From: Tubulanus polymorphus
Taxonomy: Eukaryota; Animalia; Nemertea
Length of the DNA: 64,000 nucleotides
NCBI RefSeq assembly: GCF_964204645.1
Contig: NC_134033.1
Location: forward strand, 15,632,655-15,696,654
Reading direction: 5' to 3'
Positions 1-14,600 of this stretch are shown here, one piece after another. Position 1 is the first letter of the stretch; every line of letters begins with the position of its first letter. Under the pieces are notes generated by a model, which ran no database searches, had not been told where the DNA came from, and was given only the letters and a program-made list of their open reading frames with translations. Position numbers and translations under genes: made by a program.

Positions 1-346
1 CTTCGGAGTGGAACCAATAATTTTCTGAATTTGGAAAGCGGGAATTTTTACCAAAACGCACCTGCTACAATAATTAAGAAAAGTAGACAACACATTACCA
101 ACTTTATTTCTTTACCTAACAAATGAACCCAGTTGATCATTAAGAATTATTATATTTTTTCTAGCATAACACGACGAAAAAATTATATTCATAGGACTTT
201 GTCAGGTCTTTGTGGCTGCGGGCCAGAAATAAGTACTTCATAATGAGTTATTGAGCGTTCAAATTAGGAATTAACCCGTTTTTTAATCCTGGAAAACAAA
301 CGACCAGGCGGTGCTGCCACCTCTTGTCACTGTTCTCTCGGACAAA

Positions 347-2608
347 ATGGCTTCTAGGCAAGGTCAGTGATTTATCTAAAATTATCGCTTCTGATTTGAG
401 TTTTAATTGACTTCCCGCGGTACGACACCCGTCAATTTTACACCGACCGACCGTCGATATCCAGTTCTATCATTGGCAGCAGTTCGGCAATTTCTACTTT
501 CATATATTGCCGAGAAAACGAACGTAGAACATGGAAGACCGAGAGATATGTCAAGTCAGTCGAGTCTGTCTTACGAGAAATCAGAAAGTACTTCCATGTT
601 CAATTGGCATTTTGATAGTTTTGGGGGTCTGTATGTCGTACTGAGTGGCTTAAATAAAACAAAGTGTACTGTCTAGTATAGGCCTAAATTTAGAAGAACA
701 TTGGAGACTTGAGACTGGTTTCCTGAATCCTGGCTTGATTTTTTAGCAGCAACAAAAAATCAAAATGTCTTAATCTGCTTATCTCTGCTCTGTTGTTGAA
801 ACTGATAATTATTACAGAACCAGTCTTAAGTAGGCCTACTACAATCAAACTGAAGTGTTTATTTGATATTTGACATTTTGATATCAGTGTTGTTATAGAC
901 CTATCCTCCAAAAAACAGGACTGACTGACACTAAAACACAGCCCCCACAAGGTCATCATCGCGTAAAAAATGAGATTGACCAAAAAACCTGTTACAATAT
1001 TTCAGTTTTCAGTCTTTTCACGGTATATGCCAGGGGTCGTTATAGACTAACTGTATTGATTATTAATGGTTGTATTTTTTCTCCAGTCTAGCATGATCCG
1101 GTCTAGTCTAGTCTTTCCCGAACAGCTGTCGTTCTCAATAACAATCATTTCTCTCTTATTACAATTTATTGACTTTACAACAATTAAATAGAGCAGTTTT
1201 ATGTGGAATGGCTTAGGCCTATGTTATTAATTCTATCCTCGTCGATAAATCTTTGAATTAGGTCCAGTTTCGTTCAAATAGGGAGCCATTACCTACCTGG
1301 GGTTAGAGGTAAAAATACCCAATTCTTCAAAGTAGGTAAACCCCCCTCACTTTTGAATGCGCAAGTAGTACAATGTTATGGTCAATTTATTCATATCAGA
1401 TCTTTAATGACAAAGACATTATAACAAGTTAATACAGATTATACTAATTATACAGATTCATGCGGACGTATATTCAATGTATTCATATCTATCATGAGGA
1501 AGACAAGTTATTGTACAGTTTGAACTAAAAAATACTAGAAATTAACTTAAGGTTTTTACAGCTCAGATTTAGGCCTAGGCCTATTTATCACTAGATAAAA
1601 TGAGTTCATCGCACAGTTCAAATATATTACAGTGTAGACTGGGTATCCCCCAATTCAGGGCCTATACGCAGGGTCCGATCTAAGGAATGAAAGCCACTTG
1701 CCCGGGGGACAAGCATATCTGAAATTTCGCTTGCCCCCTCCAAAAGCTACTTGCCCTACACAGGCGGTCCGATTAATGGCACTATCATCCGTTGTATCGA
1801 GTTGGAAAAAAACTTTGTGACATAAAATTGCACTAGCCTGGGGGACAATTGATAATGATAACCTACTTGCCCTGATGAGAATATACTTGTCCCGGCAATC
1901 GGACAAGTGCTTAGATCGCACCCTGCCTATATGTAGGGATAAACCCGATAATCTGGACCCTGTTTGATATGTACTTTAAAACTTTATTGTCAAGGTATTA
2001 TGATGAATTAAACGACATGATTAAAGATTAATTATAATTAGGCTGTTGGGGTTTAATAGAGTGAAGGTTCAAGATTGATGCTACGATTGATTTATACTTG
2101 TCTTATAAAGGACTAGGCCTAATTGATATTTAAACGATCTTATCTTAGATACGGGGCGATAAAGATAATTAAAGCGTTTTTTACGCTACAACTATTTAAA
2201 CAGTATACAGCTCGTAGCCTAGGCGATAAATGCCAGAATTGAACGATGTTAATTTTTTACCTGGTACGCGCCCATTAGGTAAAAAATTAAGATAATTCGA
2301 TTCTGGCATTTATAGGCTACAAGTCGTGAAGATACGCGACGCAGGTTGGGAAACAAGGAAATAAAGGTGATTATTAGGACAGGCGTTTATTATAAAGTTT
2401 GCAGTAGGTATTGTAGGTTTATAGGTATATCAGTAATATAGCGACGTGGAGGCAGGTTTTCCATCATCTCTCACTGATATAAACCTGTGTGTGTGTAAAG
2501 AGTTGAACTCATACACGCTGTCAGAGTTTATTATTAGATAAATGTTGAATGGTTGGTTCGCGCCCGGCGGCTCGTGAGCTGTTTCTTTCTATTGCGCTTT
2601 CTCTCTGG

Positions 2609-2699
<91 letters not shown>

Positions 2700-5600
2700 A
2701 ATAACTTATCCATGACTTCATCAATCAACGGTGTTTTTTTTAAATCGTCGCTTCATTGTTGTTTGCAATTCGTCTTACTGAAAATTGCACGATTGTCTCG
2801 AGCGAAATATTGGTCTATAATTCGTTATAGTATAGCGCTATTAGGCGTATTTCAATTTGATCGGTATTTAATGACTTCGTCAAGAATTCCTTTGAAATTC
2901 CAGGCTATGTACTCAGTTCCAAAGTTGTATGAGGTTAATTTGATACTGAACCTAGTTCCAAAGTTGTATGAGGTTAATTTGATTCTGAACTTAGTTCCAC
3001 ATTTGTGTTAGTTTGATTTGACTCTGAACACAGGTCCACAGTTGTCCGGTTTTAATTCCTGACTCAGGGTCCAGTTCCACAGTTGTGTGGTTTTAACTTT
3101 TGACTCTGAACACAGTTCCACAGTTGTGTGTGTTCAATTTGACTCTGAACACAGTTCCACAGTTGTGTGTGTTCAATTTGACTCTGAACACAGTTCCACA
3201 GTTGTGTGTGTTCAATTTGACTCTGGATCCAGTTCTACAGTTGTGTGGATTTGATTTGACTCTGAACTCAGTTCCACAGTTGTGTGGGTTTAATTTGACT
3301 CTGGACCCAGTTCCAGAGTTGTGTGTGTTCAATTTGACTCTGAACCAAGTTCCACAGTTGTGTGGATTTGATTTGACTCCGGATCCAGTTCTACAGTTGT
3401 GTGGATTTGATTTGACTCTGAACTCAGTTCCACAGTTGTGTGGGTTTAATTTGACTCTGGACCCAGTTCCAGAGTTGTGTGTGTTCAATTTGACTCTGAA
3501 CCAAGTTCCACAGTTGTGTGGATTTGATTTGACTCCGGATCCAGTTCTACAGTTGTGTGGATTTGATTTGACTCTGAACTCAGTTCCACAGTTGTGTGGG
3601 TTTAATTTGACTCTGGACCCAATTCCAGAGATGTGTGTGTTCAATTTGACTCTGAACCCAGTTCCACAGTTGTGTGGATTTGATTTGACTCTGGATCCAG
3701 TTCCACAGTTGTGTGGATTTGATTTGACTCTGAACTCAGTTCCACAGTTGTGAGGGTTTAATTTGACTCGGGATCTAGGCCCAGGATTCAGTTCCACAAT
3801 TAGGAGTGGTATGCTAATAGATGCAGTGTCTACAGTATATATTACAATAAGCCTAAATCAAAACTGTTGTTTAGTAATAAACCGTGTTAATCTAATGTTG
3901 CGTATGTTACACAGATCAGCCGCATAATTCATGTCAATGCCTTACTTTTTCTATCGCCAATTACCCCATTAACTATTATTTACGGCTATTTTGTTTTTCT
4001 CTGCGACTTGACATGTTTTTTTTCCCCTTAATTCGCCGACGTTCTCAAGTTCTCTCTGTTCATTGTGAAATCAGATTAAAAATCAGCATGACTTTTGTCA
4101 TGTTTTCGGGGTATTGAGTTCACAGACTAAACCCGACCTATAAACATCCGTTCAATAATGCGTGGAAAACTGCACGGCTCATTTCCAGGATTTCTAGGCA
4201 TCCGGCTCGCTCAATGTCACCTTGAACGTAGTTCGCGCCTGGCTCGCCAGATGTCAGCGGCGTACGTGGTGTATGTGACTGTGGTCATGTAGGCTCTTTT
4301 TACAACCGCGTATTTCACAAACAAACAGGAAGGCAGGAAAGTGGCCGTAATTGAGGTATTTCGGCGACAATCTTGAATGGTAATGCGTCAGGAAATCCAT
4401 CCTCACGAAAGGACCGGCGCGGTGCTTTTTCAGAGTTCTGAAGAATGCTAGTTTTTTGTCGAGGTAGCATACACAAATGATGCCTCCTCCGCGGCTGATG
4501 AAGATTTTGTTAGGATTGTGGAAATCGCGGGGTTTTTTTCATCGTGATTGTCATTTAATTTCTAAATTAAGCAGAGATCTGCTCGGACTGGGGTGAGTTA
4601 AAATTTCTAGTTTATAATCAGGATTTTCCTATAAATTTTGTCGAATTTGGTTAAATTGTCTTCAACATTTTAAGAACGGATATTTTATCGAAAGGTGTTG
4701 ATTGAGAATTAATTTTAAAATCTTTTTTTTGAAGTTAACTAATCGCAAAAAAACATCTTTTTTAAACGGTCGTGAACATTTCCAGGGATCAAAGTTAGGA
4801 TTTTTCTCGTTGAAAAAGGATTAAGGAACGAAGGAACTATGAAAATATGAAGCTCGAGTTTTTTAGGAAGGAAAATGAAGAAAGTAGGAAGTGATCTAGG
4901 TTGGCATGTCTAGGTCGAGCCTAGGACTCTGTTCCCCCTTGGTTTCGATTTAGGGGGGATGGCGTACTAGGCTAGGTCTACGTGTCGTATTTGTTTTGAG
5001 AACGACAGCGTCGGTATTTAGACAGATGAGAATTGAATCAACTCTTCAGTTTGGGACTAGTGAGGAGCGTTAGAACAGCTCCCTTTCATCTTGCTTTATT
5101 AAACTAAAGTTGTTTTGGGTAAATTTGAAGAAATGCGTGGCAAGGATTAGCCATTAGCCTACGAATGAAAATTGTTCATTATGTATCCGGTTGTCTTAAA
5201 ATGATCAGATGCCAAGTATTAGGACCTAATACAGGGTCGCGCCACTGACCTGGAAAACTCAGGGAATCAGAAAACTCGGGTAGCCATTTTTGACAAATTT
5301 GGGTAAAATGTTAATGGTGGCCACTGACCTGGAAAAAAACCTGGAAAAATCTAAGAAAATATAGAAATAATCAGGGAAAACCCGGGCAAATTTTGCCGAG
5401 AACCTCAGGAAGAACTCGGGGAATTCAGATAATTCTATTGACCACGCGTGGAGAATGAATAGACAGTAACATAACTCGAACGTAAGGCTACAAATATCTC
5501 CATTCACACGCTGCTGGTTCACTCGGGGGAGGGGGATTTCGTTATTAAAAACATGTGATACTGGCGGAATTTGGAGAAATGAAAGTAGTAGTAGGGCCTG

Positions 5601-8600
5601 ATGCACCAATTCCCACTAATTCTCGGCCCCCCCTCCCTCAGTTTCTGTATCTACGGTGTCGGCAGTGTACGTGCAGTTCGCATGTAAGTCGCGTACGAAC
5701 CTCTCCCGCTTGTTTACTGTGTTAGCAGACGGGCTATTCCACTATCAATGTCAAGGTCATTCGATACATACTACTTTACTATTCTATTTCTGACTCATTC
5801 AAAAATTAATTGTCTCGCGCGGGCGCGCTCGTTTGACTAATCTATTTGATGTCCCAGGAATTCGTTATGATCTCGTAAACACTTTCATTACCAGCAGCTT
5901 CGGTGTCAAAAGGTCGGGCAGGTTTTTTTTTTTCAAATAGAAAGTAGGCTAGATCAGTGGAGGAAATCCATATAAAAGTTTGCTCTAGTTTTTCCCACAC
6001 GTAGCCTACATCATCTCCGGTGTAATGTCTATACCAGTTAATCGTCCGATTTAAACTGTTACCTCTCGAGTAAAACATTTTTTTTGGGGGGAGGGGTACA
6101 GGGGTGGTGTGCATAACCACCTCCTCCTAAAAACCTATAGAGTCGATCTATTCCGAAAACTGAAATTTAAGGGAAAATGAAAAATATTGAATTGATAGGC
6201 CTACCTTAAAAACGTTTAAATTCATAAGCTTCTCTGTATTTCTGAGTTGTGAGGAGCTTTCTTTCTGGGACGGTGCCCTTTAGATTATATGCTATACCCT
6301 ATTTTGGGGGTGCACCCCTCCCTGAATCAGACCCTTGACCCCCCTCCGCCCCCTGAGTTAAACAGTTATCTCTTTGAGTTGATCGAGTCTTATTTTAATA
6401 GCCACCAATTTAAGTCCCCCTTTCCTCCCATGATGTGTACGTGTGCTTGATGTAAGAGGTTTCAGTCCTGGTCGCAGATCAGTTTCTATAAAAAACAGTT
6501 ATAAATGATTGCTATTTGATAGAATGTTATATATTTGTTTTTCTGTTTGTTGACAGTTGACGACGAGGCGTTTGTGACGTTGGCGACTAACGATACGTAT
6601 TGTATCGGTGCGTTAGTACTCGCGAACTCTCTACGACTAACCAATACTCGTCGGAAACTTGTCGTCCTTATATCGAAGGAAGTCACGTCACCGGTCAGGT
6701 ACGTTTTAATACCACCGACATCCCTTTAAAAAAAAAATCATACCTTGTTTCTCTCGATCGGCTGGGCCACTTTGGTGAACTGTGATGAAATTTGTGATCA
6801 GTTCATTTCTAAAGCTCAGCAGAATTAATCTCCTCTATTATAGTAAAATTCTTGACTCAGTTCAATCGTTCTAGGTTACCTTTTGGGTCTCGAGATAAAA
6901 CATTGAAATTGAAAATGGAATTGTTGGAATAAATGCCTTTTCTATTCCGGGCCCCACTTTACAGACTAGTATTTACTTTAAACCAGGGGCTAACTCAATT
7001 TATTAATAAGACCGTCTAAGTTCTATCGCCAATCTAACAACTTAAGACCAGTCTTAAGATTTTTCGACTTAAGTTACGACTGCACAACCGGGTCCAGCGG
7101 CCAGTTGTATAGTCATGACTTAGACTTAAGACCAGTCTAAGACCAACTTATTTCTATAACCAATCTAACAACTTAAGACCAGTCTTAAGATTTAAGACCA
7201 CTTTTGGACTTAAGTCACGACTGTGCAACCGGGCCAAGGGTTTAAGGTTATACCAGACTATAAAACCGGGCCCTGGACTAGACATGATATATCTGATATT
7301 CTGATATTCCTAGATCCACCCCCTGTTCTATAGGCTAACTAACTGATAGTCACTCGTTACGAGTGTAACTTGCTCATTCAGATAAATGGTAATTCATTTC
7401 GTCCGCTGTTTTTGTTTCGTTTCAGGCAGCAGCTGTCGAACGTGTTTGATTTAGTAAAAGAAGTCGATATTTTAGACAGTCGTGATACGGTGAATCTAGC
7501 GTTGCTGACTCGTACGAATCTCGGCGTCACGTTTACCAAGTTACATTGTTGGAGATTAACGCAGTTCACTAAATGCGTATTCCTTGACGCCGATACTTTA
7601 GTGAGTACCTTTCTTTAATACGCTGCCCTTGTATAGGATGGCGTGGACTGCGAGATCTGGTTCCGCACTTCTGAGTTAAGATTTGACTCAATACTGGGGA
7701 GCTGGGGCCAGTTGCTCAAAAGTTGAAGTTAAAGATAACCGGGAGATAGATACCATAGTAACAATGAACTTTCAATTGTCATTATGTCAACAATCCACTG
7801 GTTAACTCTAACCAACCTTTGAGCAACTGGCCCCTGGATCCTGAGTTAACTCTAGCTCATCAAAACTGCAAACTCGATCCTGCAAAATTGGATCCTGTGT
7901 TTAGAATTAACTCAAACCCAATATTAGGGAACTGAATGCTGAGTTCAGAGTGTACTCAAACTCAATACCGGGGAGCTGGATCCCGAGTTCAGAATTAACT
8001 CTTAATTCACGACTCAAAGTCTGTTCATTTTCACCGAGTCAAATCTGAAATCACAAATGGCCATGCCTGAAACGGTTGGTGGGTTTCGACCGTTATTGAA
8101 ACACAGAACCTGATATCATCGTTTTCATTTATTTAAAGGTTTTACAAAATGTCGATGAACTGTTTGATCGAGAAGAACTATCGGCTGCTCCCGATGCCGG
8201 ATGGCCCGATTGTTTCAACAGCGGAGTGTTCGTATTTCGACCCTCAGAGGAGACATATCAAGCTTTACTACAATGCGCGCTGTCGCAAGGAAGTTTTGAC
8301 GGTGAGAAACTTCAAGTATTTTTTGTTTCATCGCGAAAATTGCTTCATAGTTTTTGGTACCAGGGCTCAGTGCCATAGTCGAGATATGATAAGTGCGCAT
8401 GTCTTAAGTTGTGAGAATGGAACTAGAATGATCTTAGACTGGTCTTAAATTGTTAGATTGATTATAGAACCAAAATGAGCTTATACTGCTTTTAAGTTGT
8501 TAGATTGGTTATAGAACCAAAATGAGCTTAGACCGGTCTCAAGTTGTTAAGTCTTAAGGCATGAGTATGGAAATAGCTCCTGGGGTCGGTTCCATGGTCG

Positions 8601-11600
8601 AAACTTAGGTTGCAAAGTGCTCTTCGAATCTTAAGTTTATTCTTAAGCAGTTAGATTGGCCATAAAACTAAGATGATCTTAAATTGGAACTCATGTAACT
8701 AGCCCCGGCAATGTAGAACGTACGACCCAGGTGATTTACGTTCGGTTGTTTATTTTTGCAGGTGGGGATCAAGGTCTATTGAATCTATTTTTCTCCGACT
8801 GGCCGGTGAAAGACATCAGTAAACATTTACCGTTCATTTATAACGTCGTGTCACAAGCATTTTACAGCTATCTTCCTGCATTCAAACAGTAAGTTAACCA
8901 TTTCATTCGACTCATTCGATTGGAGACAACTAGTTGCAAGGCAGTTTTCGGCGCATGAGAGGAACTGGCTGGATATGATCAGTTGCTTGAATGTGTCGAT
9001 GTGAGCGAGCTTACGATTGGTAAGCGTCGATCTCCAGTTCCAGCCAGTTGCCCATGTTCTACTTTTGAGCAACTGGTTGTACTCAATCGCAGTCATATCC
9101 GTCGATGTGCGCGCTCTGGATCTCGACGATCGACACGCGCCATGCAGTTGCTGCAACTGACCGGTTGTAACTAGATTTCGATGTGCGCGGGGTAATCGTT
9201 CGGTAGCAACTAGTTGTCTCCAATCGCAGTGTCGATGTGCGCTAGGCTTAACACAGTGTTTTTGAAGTGAAACTGTTGTCAGCAACAAAGCAACTACTCA
9301 ATTAAGTTACTTTGTAAAAGGTTTAATTCACCCAATTAAACATTGATTAAAAATAATGATACAAAACAATGATTGATTTTATGGTCGCTTATATGTCCTT
9401 CCCTTGGCAACTGTTCAGCCCTATTAGAATACCGGCATATGGAGAATACCTGTGATTACATTAAGCATTTTTGGCCTGGGCAAACCATTAATACCGATGC
9501 CATATCTCTACCGCTGTTCTGATTATTCCGTGTGGATCCTGTTGATGCAAAATTCTTGAATTCTTCGTTTCTTTGTTTTACAGATTTCGTGATAAGATCA
9601 AGATTTGTCATTTCATCGGCGCGGTGAAACCGTGGGCTCATTACTTCAACACGCGAACCGGCGAGGTCGAACCGCAACAAGGCAGCGGCCACGACAAAGA
9701 CTTCTTACAAATCTGGTGGATGATATTCATGACGCACGTTCAGCCGAATTTAGATCCGTCGACCGTGAGTACTGAAAAAAAGTTTTATCATCTTAACGGA
9801 TCGGTCAGATTGGTGCGAGAAATTGATGGCTGTTTGAAAAACTGGGGAAAAAATTTGAAAGTTTGTGAAAAATCATGAAAATATTCAGAAATGAGAAAAA
9901 AACATGTTAAAGGAATTTGAAAAATCCTGGGAACAGTTGCTGAAAAGTTGGTTGGAGTTAACTGGTGGGTTTAGCCGCCTGAGTGACAATTGAAAATCTG
10001 AGGGTTGACTTCAACCAACTTTTGAGCAACTGACTCCAGGGGCTGCAGTTGTTGAAAAGTTGTTTAGAGTTAACCAGTATATAGTTGACATAGTGACAAT
10101 TAAAAATACCTAATTATTATGATATTTTTGCGTCAGTTATCTTAAACCAACTTTTGAGCAACTGCAGCCCCTAATATCTCGTTGTCAACATTGTGGCGTT
10201 ATTCCCGAGTTCATCAATCTGACTGACCCTGTTAATTAAAAGAAAAAGTCGAGTGTAAGTCCTCGAAGTTCAAAACGACGCCTGAAGGAAAGAAACTCTT
10301 TCGCCGTCAGGATTGAAACCGTTGATTTTTATCCGTCGACAGGAACCGAAACTCAAATATAAATCGCTTTATTTCTTGTTGAAAAAAATTGTTTTAAAAA
10401 TGCGAATATCGATGGTATTTTTTTTCTTCTGATTTTTCGCTTTCTTTAGTTGGAGAACGTAATACAGGTAAATCATTCACCGTATTCAACGTATATGTCG
10501 TGTAATATATCGTAGGGGTCGTTCGTAAAGTACGTTTGCATCAATCGGGGTTCAAATATGGAAGTACGGCTGTTTCTTCATCAGGGTGGCGCCATTCACC
10601 TGGAAAACTTGAAAACTCGAGGGAATTTGATGAATTTCGCAGAAAAAATGAAAAAAATACAATCATCAATTTAAACAAGGTTCTTACAGGGTGGCGCCAC
10701 TGACCTGGAAAACTTGGGGAATTTGGATAACGTTATTGACCATGTGTTTCTTTATCAGTACATGATTCAATGAAAAAAGAATGGATTGTAACATTTTAAA
10801 CCTAAAAATTTCTCTAATTCACTCAGAGGGAGTTTTGTATAAATGGGCCAGTGACCACTCAGCGTAGTCTGTGCGACAATCTGAATCGTATTTGTTTCAA
10901 TATTTTCCTGCGTACTTCATGAGCGACTCCTGACCAGAATTACTCTTAAATTTAGTCGTAATCCAGATCTCACCGGTTTTTCGCCATTAAGTGTGTGTTG
11001 ATCACATCTGGATTAAGTCGGTATTTAACACTCCGTGAGTGGTGGGGCTCGGGAAAAGCTCTTCCAAAATTTCTTTCAAAATTTCACAAATATTCATCTA
11101 AATTCCCTGTGTTCCGGTGAAATCAAGAGTTCCTGAGTTACAGTATTTTCCCAAAAATGCTGATATGATCTGATGCGTACGTTTCCTAAAGAAAAAAAAT
11201 TCCAATTGTTACTGCAGTTTTCAGTGGTCGACAGCCCTGTGAAGTTGATTTCACTCGTAATTAAGCGGAAGAGCTTTTTCCGTGCGGTGTTTGATATAGA
11301 ATTAGACCTCATGTAGGATTCTCTTAATTGATTTCTAAATGATCTTTTTCAGTCCATTTTTAACGGGATCCAGTTCCACCGTTGTGAGTCAAATCTGAGT
11401 CAAACCTTGCTACATAAAGTCCCATCATCAAAAACAGACGCGTATAAGAACTGGTTGGTTGAATGGAACGACCTTGGCGACACCTCCGCTGTTCAGTAAC
11501 CCTCCCTCTCTCATCCGCTGACCACGCACCAGAATTGGTTTGCGTAAATCAGATCCAGATAACTCAGAACTGTGGAACTGGGTTCAGGGCTGAAACAAAA

Positions 11601-14600
11601 CCGAATTGAAAATCTAAAATTTCACATCCCTCGATTAATGTCTATAGTTCCCCATCTGATGTTCACACATTATTCAAAATGTATATAATAGCTCGGGGGA
11701 CATCCGTAATGGAGACGTAGCACTCGGTGTCGGGAATCAGAAGGAATCGAGACCGTTACGGATGTCCCCTTCGCTCCGTAGATTGTAGAGCCAGTACGCT
11801 AGGCTTTCATAGATCGTTCTCAGTGTTCTCCACAACAGGTTTTAGAGGGGCTGCCACCCCTTTCGTTTTTACATCCACTCCTCTGAAAATCAGCCACCCC
11901 TTATAAAAAGTCTGCTGCCTCTACTATAGTGGATGTCAATATTCTATCAAAGCTGATTATTATTAATTGTAAGATTATACCAAAATTAAGCTTAAGTGAA
12001 GTTTATGTTCTACACTTTTTGGGGTATTGAAAGCCTTGCTAATTCAGCAGCCACAATGTCATACAATGCAGCCCTCTGAGAATCAGCCGCCCCTTATCGA
12101 AATATATCTGCTGCCCCGACCAGAGTACATGTCAATATTCTATCAATGTTGTTAATTGCTTTGAAATATATTGAGCTAATGCGATAGATAGATTACGCGG
12201 AAATTGAGCTTAATTTTCTATATTTTTTTGGGGATCGAAAGCCTTGCTACTTGAGCAGCCGCGATGTCGTAGTGCAGCCCCTCTAAAACTCCAACGCACC
12301 GAGAACACTGATACCGTTTAGAATACATATCAATCTACGAAAATAGTTGGTAACGGAAAAAGAAATCGATTTATATAATTCGTTTGGAATCGAATGAATC
12401 GATATCGTTATTCTAAACTACGTAGTTAAATATTACGAATAGCCGTGTCTCAATTTACAGCGGAATTTATTAAGGAAAAATCCCGAAACTGATTAATTGT
12501 GGGTTCGTGAATTTTAATTCTAGGATCGGATATAAAATGAAAAATGCGGTCACCTATGTATATCCTACAGTCTGTATGAAAGTCAAACCTAAAATATCAT
12601 AAGTTAAATATGCTATAGTAGACTCCTGTACCTCTCTGTAATGATAATCGTCCATCCCATCACAGTCCACTGTATCTCTATTTCCCGACACCCCTTGAAA
12701 ATATTGAATACCTTTCGGTATCATTTCGAATAATTTACGTAGAGTAAATTTTCACTTTCACGTAGAACACTTTTGGATTTAGATTTTGTTTTTGTGGTGG
12801 TGGTGGTGGTAGGGCGCGTTAATTTCTGTACCTGCACCGATTTCACATACGTAGACAAATATCACCTTTTTCTAGAAAAAGTAATTCCTGGTTTGGTTTC
12901 GGGGTTCAGGTCTCGCACGTCTTTGAATAAATTTAGAAAAACGTTTCACTTTTCTTGCAGGTTTTCGCACACAATTTGTTTTTGAAATAAATCACAAATT
13001 TCTTTCGACGTTCGTCGACATTTTCAGATATTCTAGCGTGAAAACAATTTTCGAATGTAAATTCATTCTTGATTATCATTATCTCGTGGTAGTCGGCCAT
13101 ATTTTCCATTTTGTTGAATTCCATGCTCTCGGTGCCTAGGTTCACAAAAAGGATTAACTTTAACCCTTTAATCAATGCTGACTAATTGATAACTGAAAGT
13201 GCTTGAGATAATCAGAACATTTAAAGAAATTTCGACCACAGTGCGGTGTATGATGGGCAAACAACTGTCGTGTCTCTACCCTACAGTGCGGTGTATTGTT
13301 AGTTACTAATTCACTAGCTTTGACAGTGTTGCTGCCATCTTTCGATACAGATAAAAATTAATTATATCAATACGCCGCGATGCAGTGTACCAGCGAAGTC
13401 CATCACCAATTTATACTCCGCACTGCGGTGTAGATGTACTGAAAGGGTTATGAGTTAAACATTTTTGTGAAACTGACTCCTGGTCTGTCTTTTACGACCA
13501 ATTCCGTCGTCTCAAACTTGAAAGTGATTATAGTGGGTTTAACTTGACAGTTCGCAGCGCTCTCCTCGTAGAAAAAATCTCATTTCAGGCTACTTAAAAA
13601 AAAGCTAGATTTTTCTTGGTATTTAGACGGTAAAACAATGTTGTTAGACGCAAAGCTTGCGCTTTTACCGTCATCATCATCTACCCCTGGCAAACACTGT
13701 TAGAATATATATATATATTTATATGTGTTAAAATCATGTTGGAATCAAAATCATGACAATGTGCAGACGTATTCGAATTCCTTGTGGGTTGAAAAAAAAA
13801 GAAAACGAAATCATTAAAATCGCGCTTCTCAGACCTGTTACTCGGTGATGCAGTCAAACTCGCTTCAGTTGTTGTAATTATGTTGACGAGTTACGCTTAG
13901 TAAATTAAAATTTGAAATACACGTGTTTGGACTCAAAAATAAAGAGGACTTCAGTAATGCACCGACTTCCGAATGATGACTACGCACGAGTTTGACCGCA
14001 TAGGGCTTCACCGGATCTCGTGGGTCTTCGAGGATGTATTTTAACGAGATGATTAATAATTATTGCGTTGATTAGTTTTGATTGCATTTTATCGTCGTTT
14101 AATTGAATTGTTCGTTGCATGCTTGTTCACGTTGCGTTCATTAGGTTTTCCCTTCACTACTAACTCAAACAATACTTAAAAACCACTCATAATACAGCGG
14201 AACTTCGTTACAACGAACTCAGATACAACGACTCATCTGATATAACAAATATCGAATTTTGTCTAAAAATCTGATTAATTTCATACTGGATACAACAAAC
14301 TATCAGTTTTAACGAACTGATTTTCTGGCTTCGTGAAGTTCGCTGTAACGAGGTTCCACTGTACTACTACGTACTATTTTCAGGGTCCGATCTAATGAAT
14401 AAAAGCCACTTTTGCCCATCGGGCGAGCATATCTGCGATTTCATTTGCCCCCTCTCAAAAATCAACATGCCCTTCACAGGCAGTCCGAATAGTGACACAA
14501 TCATCCGTTGTATCGAGTGGGAAAAAGCTTCTGGACATAAAATTGCACTAATCCGTGGGACAAGTGATAATGATAACCTACTTGCATTAATGAAAATACA

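Noticed and set aside
2521-2728. SL-repeat ORFs, and likewise the poly-Leu ORF at 29798..30064
   Set aside because: Translations of (GA)n and (TTA)n microsatellites.
3093-3797. 234-aa and 217-aa ORFs on opposite strands
   Set aside because: By-products of a 39-bp (multiple of 3) minisatellite within an intron; no splice or start context.
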